From the NCBI RefSeq assembly GCF_009914755.1, contig NC_060925.1: a stretch of DNA of 64,000 bases. One strand, given 5' to 3'. The translations under genes and the position numbers were made by a program. Within the stretch, counting starts at the first letter, position 1. Each line of letters starts with the position of its first letter. The DNA comes from the human T2T-CHM13v2.0 reference genome, Homo sapiens. Positions 58,407 to 64,000 of this stretch are shown here, piece by piece. Under the pieces are notes generated by a model. That model searched no databases and was not told the origin of the DNA. It saw only the letters and a program-made list of their open reading frames with translations.

Positions 58407-59714
58407 ATGAAATTGAAATGGATGGACTCATCATCGAATGGATTCGAATGGAATCATCGAATAAAATTGATTGAAATCATCATCGAATGGAATCGAATGG
58501 TATCATTGAATGGAATCGAATGGAATCATCATCAGATGGAAATGAATGGAATCGTCATAGAATGGAATCGAATGGATTCATTGAATGGAATCAGATGGAA
58601 TCATCGAATGGACTGGAATGGAATCATTGAATGGACTCGAAAGGGATCATGATTGAATGGAATTGAATGGAATCATCGAATGGTCTCGATTGGAATCATT
58701 ATCAAATGGAATCGAATGGAATCACCGAATAGAATCGAATGGAACAATCATCGAATGGACACAAATGGAATTATCCTAAAATGGAATCGAATGGAATTAT
58801 CGAATGCAATCGAATGGAATTATCGAATGCAATCGAATAGAATCATCGAATGGACTCGAATGGAATCATCGAATGGAATGGAATGGAACAGTCAATGAAC
58901 TCGAATGGAATCATCATTGAATGGAATCGAATGGAATCATCGAGTGGAATCGAATGTAATCATCATCAAATGGAATCAAAAATAACCATCATCAAATGGA
59001 ATCAAAAATAACCATCATCAATTGGTAGTGAATGGAATTCTCATCAAATGGAATTCAAAGGAATCATCATCAAATGGAACCGAATGGAATCCTCATTGAA
59101 TGGAAATGAAAGGGGTTATCATCTAATGGAATCGCATGGAATCATCATAAAATGGAATCGAATGGAATCAACATCAAATGGAATCAAATGGAATCATTGA
59201 ACGGAATTGAATGGAATCGTCATCGAATGAATTGAATGCAATCATCGAATGGTCTCGAATGGAATCATCTTCAAATGGAATGGAATGGAATCAGCACATA
59301 GAATCGAATGGAATTATCATCGAATGGAATCGAATGGAATCAACATCAAACGGAAAAAAACGGAATTATCGAATGCAATCGAAGAGAATCATCGAATGGA
59401 CCCGAATGGAATCATCTAATGGAATGGAATGGAATAATCCATGGACTCGAATGCAATCATCATCGAATGGAATCGAATGGAATCATCGAATGGACTCGAA
59501 TGGAATAATCATTGAACGGAATCGAATGGAATCATCATCGGATGGAAACGAATGGAATCATCATCGAATGGAATCAAATAGAATTATGGAATGAAATCCA
59601 GTGTGATCATCATCGAATGGACCCGAATGGAATCATCATCCAACGGAAGCTAATGGAATCAACATCGAATGAATCAAATGGAAACACCATCGAATTGAAA
59701 CGAATGGAATTACC
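58407..59714 (+). repeat. 1,308-bp variant unit with balanced 26-bp deletion/duplication
   Basis: Single subunit at 59211. AAAAATAACCATCATC is doubled at about 58978-59020 and the GAATTATGATC monomer is absent. Confidence 0.88.
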
Positions 59715-60405
59715 ATGAAATTGAAATGGATGGACTCATCATCAAATGGATTCGAATGGATTCATCAAATAAAATTGATTGAAATCATCATCGAATGGAA
59801 TCGAATGGTATCATTGAATGGAATCGAATGGAATCATCATCAGATGGAAATGAATGGAATCGTCATAGAATGGAATCGAATGGATTCATTGAATGGAATC
59901 AGATGGAATCATCGAATGGACTGGAATGGAATCATTGAATGGACTCGAAAGGGATCATGATTGAATGGAATTGAATGGAATCATCGAATGGTCTCGATTG
60001 GAATCATTATCAAATGGAATCGAATGGAATCACCGAATAGAATCGAATGGAACAATCATCGAATGGACTCAAATGGAATTATCCTCCAATGGAATGGAAT
60101 GGAATTATCGAATGCAATCGAATGGAATTATCGAATGCAATCGAATAGAATCATCGAATGGACTCGAATGGAATCATCGAATGGAATGGAATGGAACAGT
60201 CAATGAACTCGAATGGAATCATCATTGAATGGAATCGAATGGAATCATCGAGTGGAATCGAAAGGAATTATGACCAAATGGAATCGAATGTAATCATCAT
60301 CAAATGGAATCAAAAATAACCATCATCAATTGGTATTGAATGGAATTGTCATCAAATGGAATTCAAAGGAATCATCATCAAATGGAACCGAATGGAATCC
60401 TCATT

Positions 60406-61809
60406 GAATGGAAATGAAAGGGGTCATCATCTAATGGAATCGCATGGAATCATCATCAAATGGAATCGAATGGAATCATCATCAAATGGAATCAAATGGA
60501 ATCATTGAACAGAATTGAATGGAACGGTCATCGAATGAGTTGAATGCAATCATCGAATGGTCTCGAATGGAATCATCTTCTAATGGAAAGGAATGGAATC
60601 ATCGCATAGAATCGAATGGAATTATCATCGAATGGAATCGAATGGTATCAACACCAAACGGAAAAAAACGGAATTATCGAATGGAATCGAAGAGAATCTT
60701 CGAACGGACCCGAATGGAATCATCTAATGGAATGGAATGGAATAATCCATGGACTCGAATGCAATCATCATCGAATGGAATCGAATGGAATCATCGAATG
60801 GACTCGAATGGAATAATCATTGAACGGAATCGAATGGAATCATCATCGGATGGAAACGAATGGAATCATCATCGAATGGAAATGAAAGGAGTCATCATCT
60901 AATGGAATTGCATGGAATCATTATAAAATGGAATCGAATGGAATCAACATCAAATGGAATCAAATGGAATCATTGAACGGAATTGAATGGAATCGTCATC
61001 GAATGAATTGAATGCAATCATCGAATGGTCTCGAATGGAATCATCTTCAAATGGAATGGAATGGAATCATCGCATAGAATCGAATGGAATTATCATCGAA
61101 TGGAATCGAATGGAATCAACATCAAACGGAAAAAAACGGAATTATCGAATGGAATCGAAGAGAATCATCGAATGGACCCGAATGGAATCATCTAATGGAA
61201 TGGAATGGAATAATCCATGGACTCGAATGCAATCATCATCGAATGGAATCGAATGGAATCATCGAATGGACTCGAATGGAATAATCATTGAACGGAATCG
61301 AATGGAATCATCATCGGATGGAAACGAATGGAATCATCATCGAATGGAAATGAAAGGAGTCATCATCTAATGGAATTGCATGGAATCATCATAAAATGGA
61401 ATCGAATGGAATCATCATCAAATGGAATCAAATGGAATCATTGAACGGAATTGAATGGAATCGTCATCGAATGAATTGAATGCAATCATCGAATGGTCTC
61501 GAATGGAATCATCTTCACATGGAATGGAATGGAATCATCGCATAGAATCGAATGGAATTATCATCGAATGGAATCGAATGGTATCAACATCAAACGGAAA
61601 AAAACGGAATTATCGAATGGAATCAAAGAGAATCTTCGAACAGACCCGAATGGAATCATCTAATGGAATGGAATGGAATAATCCATGGACTCGAATGCAA
61701 TCATCATCGAATGGAATCGAATGGAATCATTGAAAGGACTCGAATGGAATAATCATTGAACGGAATCGAATGGAATCATCATCGGATGGAAATGAATGGA
61801 ATCATCATC
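60406..61809 (+). repeat. 2,244-bp variant unit: three 468-bp subunits
   Basis: Subunit landmarks at 60519, 60987 and 61455. Confidence 0.9.
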
Positions 61810-64000
61810 GAATGGAATCGAATAGAATTATGGAATGAAATCCAGTGTGATCATCATCGAATGGACCCGAATGGAATCATCATCCAACGGAAGCTAATGG
61901 AATCAACATCCAATGAATCGAATGGAAACACCATCGAATTGAAACGAATGGAATTATCATGAAATTGAAATGGATGGACTCATCATCGAATGGATTCGAA
62001 TGGAATCATCGAATAAAATTGATTGAAATCATCATCGAATGGAATCGAATGGTATCATTGAATGGAATCGAATGGAATCATCATCAGATGGAAATGAATG
62101 GAATCGTCATAGAATGGAATCGAATGGATTCATTGAATGGAATCAGATGGAATCATCGAATGGACTGGAATGGAATCATTGAATGGACTCGAAAGGGATC
62201 ATTATTGAATGGAATTGAATGGAATCATCGAATGGTCTCGATTGGAATCATTATCAAATGGAATCGAATGGAATCACCGAATAGAATCGAATGGAACAAT
62301 CATCGAATGGACTCAAATGGAATTATCCTCAAATAGAATCGAATGGAATTATCGAATGCAATCGAATGGAATTATCGAATGCAATCGAATAGAATCATCG
62401 AATGGACTCGAATGGAATCATCGAATGGAATGGAATGGAACAGTCAATAAACTCGAATGGAATCATCATTGAATGGAATCGAATGGAATCATCGAGTGGA
62501 ATCGAATGGAATTATGATCAAATGGAATCGAATGTAATCATCATCAAATGGAATCAAAAATAACCATCATCAATTGGTATTGAATGGAATTGTCATCAAA
62601 TGGAATTCAAAGGAATCATCATCAAATGGAACCGAATGGAATCCTCATTGAATGGAAATGAAAGGGGTCATCATCTAATGGAATCGCATGGAATCATCAT
62701 CAAACGGAATCGAATGGAATCATCATCAAATGGAATCGAATGGAATCATTGAAAGAATTGAATGGAATCATCATCGAATGAATTGAATGCAATCATCGAA
62801 TGGTCTCGAATGGAATCATCTTCTAATGGAAAGGAATGGAATCATCGCATAGAATCGAATGGAATTATCATCGAATGGAATCGAATGGTATCAACACCAA
62901 ACGGAAAAAAACGGAATTATCGAATGGAATCGAAGAGAATCTTCGAACGGACCCGAATGGAATCATCTAATGGAATGGAATGGAATAATCCATGGAGTCG
63001 AATGCAATCATCATCGAATGGAATCGAATGGAATCATCGAATGGACTCGAATGGAATAATCATTGAACGGAATCGAATGGAATCATCATCGGATGGAAAC
63101 GAATGGAATCATCATCGAATGGAAATGAAAGGAGTCATCATCTAATGGAATTGCATGGAATCATCATCAAATGGAATCGAATGGAATCAACATCAAATGG
63201 AATCAAATGGAATCATTGAACGGAATTGAATGGAATCGTCATCGAATGAATTGAATGCAATCATCGAATGGTCTCGAATGGAATCATCTTCAAATGGAAT
63301 GGAATGGAATCATCGCATAGAATCGAATGGAATTATCATCGAATGGAATCGAATGGAATCAACATCAAACGGAAAAAAACGGAATTATCGAATGGAATCG
63401 AAGAGAATCATCGAATGGACCCGAATGGAATCATCTAATGGAATGGAATGGAATAATCCATGGACTCGAATGCAATCATCATCGAATGGAATCGAATGGA
63501 ATCATCGAATGGACTCGAATGGAATAATCATTGAACGGAATCGAATGGAATCATCATCGGATGGAAATGAATGGAATCATCATCGAATGGAATCGAATAG
63601 AATTATGGAATGAAATCCAGTGTGATCATCATCGAATGGACCCGAATGGAATCATCATCCAACGGAAGCTAATGGAATCAACATCGAATGAATCAAATGG
63701 AAACACCATCGAATTGAAACGAATGGAATTACCATGAAATTGAAATGGATGGACTCATCCTCAAATGGATTCGAGTGGAATCATCAAATAAAATTGATTG
63801 AAATCATCATCGAATGGAATCGAATGGTATCATTGAATGGAATCGAATGGAATCATCATCAGATGGAAATGAAAGGAATCGTCATAGAATGGAATCGAAT
63901 GGATTCATTGAATGGAATCAGATGGAATCATTGAATGGACTGGAATGGAATCATTGAATGGACTCGAAAGGGATCATGATTGAATGGAATTGAATGGAAT

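Larger units (their letters stand above)
1..64000 (+). repeat. Human satellite II (HSat2) tandem array, 1,776-bp unit; probably chr1q12 pericentromeric heterochromatin (HSat2A2 / D1Z1-type)
   Basis: The whole window is degenerate GGAAT/CGAAT with ATC/ATCATC spacers and many TCGA sites, the complement of the HSat2 signature CATTCGATTC. The landmark ATGAAATTGAAATGGATGGAC recurs 35 times (1492, 3268, 5044 ... 63734) with a modal spacing of 1,776 bp. The family call is secure; the chromosome call rests on the known 1.77-kb periodicity of the chr1 array. Confidence 0.97.

Noticed and set aside
44202-59040. Extra EcoRI sites at 44202, 56817 and 59035
   Set aside because: They are single-base variants of GAATTG. 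They are useful as restriction markers but imply no function.
25-63934. All + strand ORFs (MESSSN..., MKLKW..., MNGIEW..., 60-163 aa)
   Set aside because: They are low-complexity translations of GGAAT/ATC repeats that overlap in several frames and recur with the unit. They have no recognisable domain, and random SNPs break or extend them. The + strand bias follows from frequent TGA/TAA on the - strand.
1-64000. CRISPR-like array of 23-26-bp repeats
   Set aside because: The monomers are contiguous with no unique spacers, leader or cas genes.
1-64000. HSat3 (GGAAT)n, alpha satellite or telomeric repeat
   Set aside because: Pure GGAAT runs are only 3-4 long, and CGAAT/ATCATC spacers dominate (HSat2). 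I saw no 171-bp period, CENP-B box or TTAGGG.
1-64000. Inversion or retroelement insertion
   Set aside because: I saw no CATTC-strand segment, poly(A) tail, target-site duplication or non-satellite sequence. Every landmark interval is explained by satellite indels.

Overview
The whole 64 kb is one uninterrupted tandem array of human classical satellite II (HSat2), with the GGAAT-rich strand on + throughout. I saw no inversion, transposon or unique sequence. The repeat is nested: degenerate GGAAT/CGAAT pentamers form 23- and 26-bp monomers, and these form a 1,776-bp unit made of two related 468-bp subunits (A, B) plus an 840-bp segment (C), with one EcoRI site per unit. This matches the 1.77-kb chromosome 1q12 pericentromeric satellite (D1Z1/pUC1.77, HSat2A2); the assignment is from recalled knowledge, not a search. 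Of 34 intervals between a once-per-unit landmark (ATGAAATTGAAATGGATGGAC), 19 are exactly 1,776 bp. The rest are 1,308 x3, 1,727, 1,747, 1,774, 1,775, 1,781 x2, 2,218, 2,244 x2, 2,391 and 2,446 x2. All listed ORFs are by-products of the repeat, and I find no support for a gene or a new coding system. The notable content is array evolution: a divergent, ancestral-looking HSat2 island near 28.1-28.7 kb, copy-number change and conversion of the 468-bp subunit, a duplicated 670-bp junction variant, a length-neutral 26-bp register shift, and SNP haplotypes that recur many kb apart.
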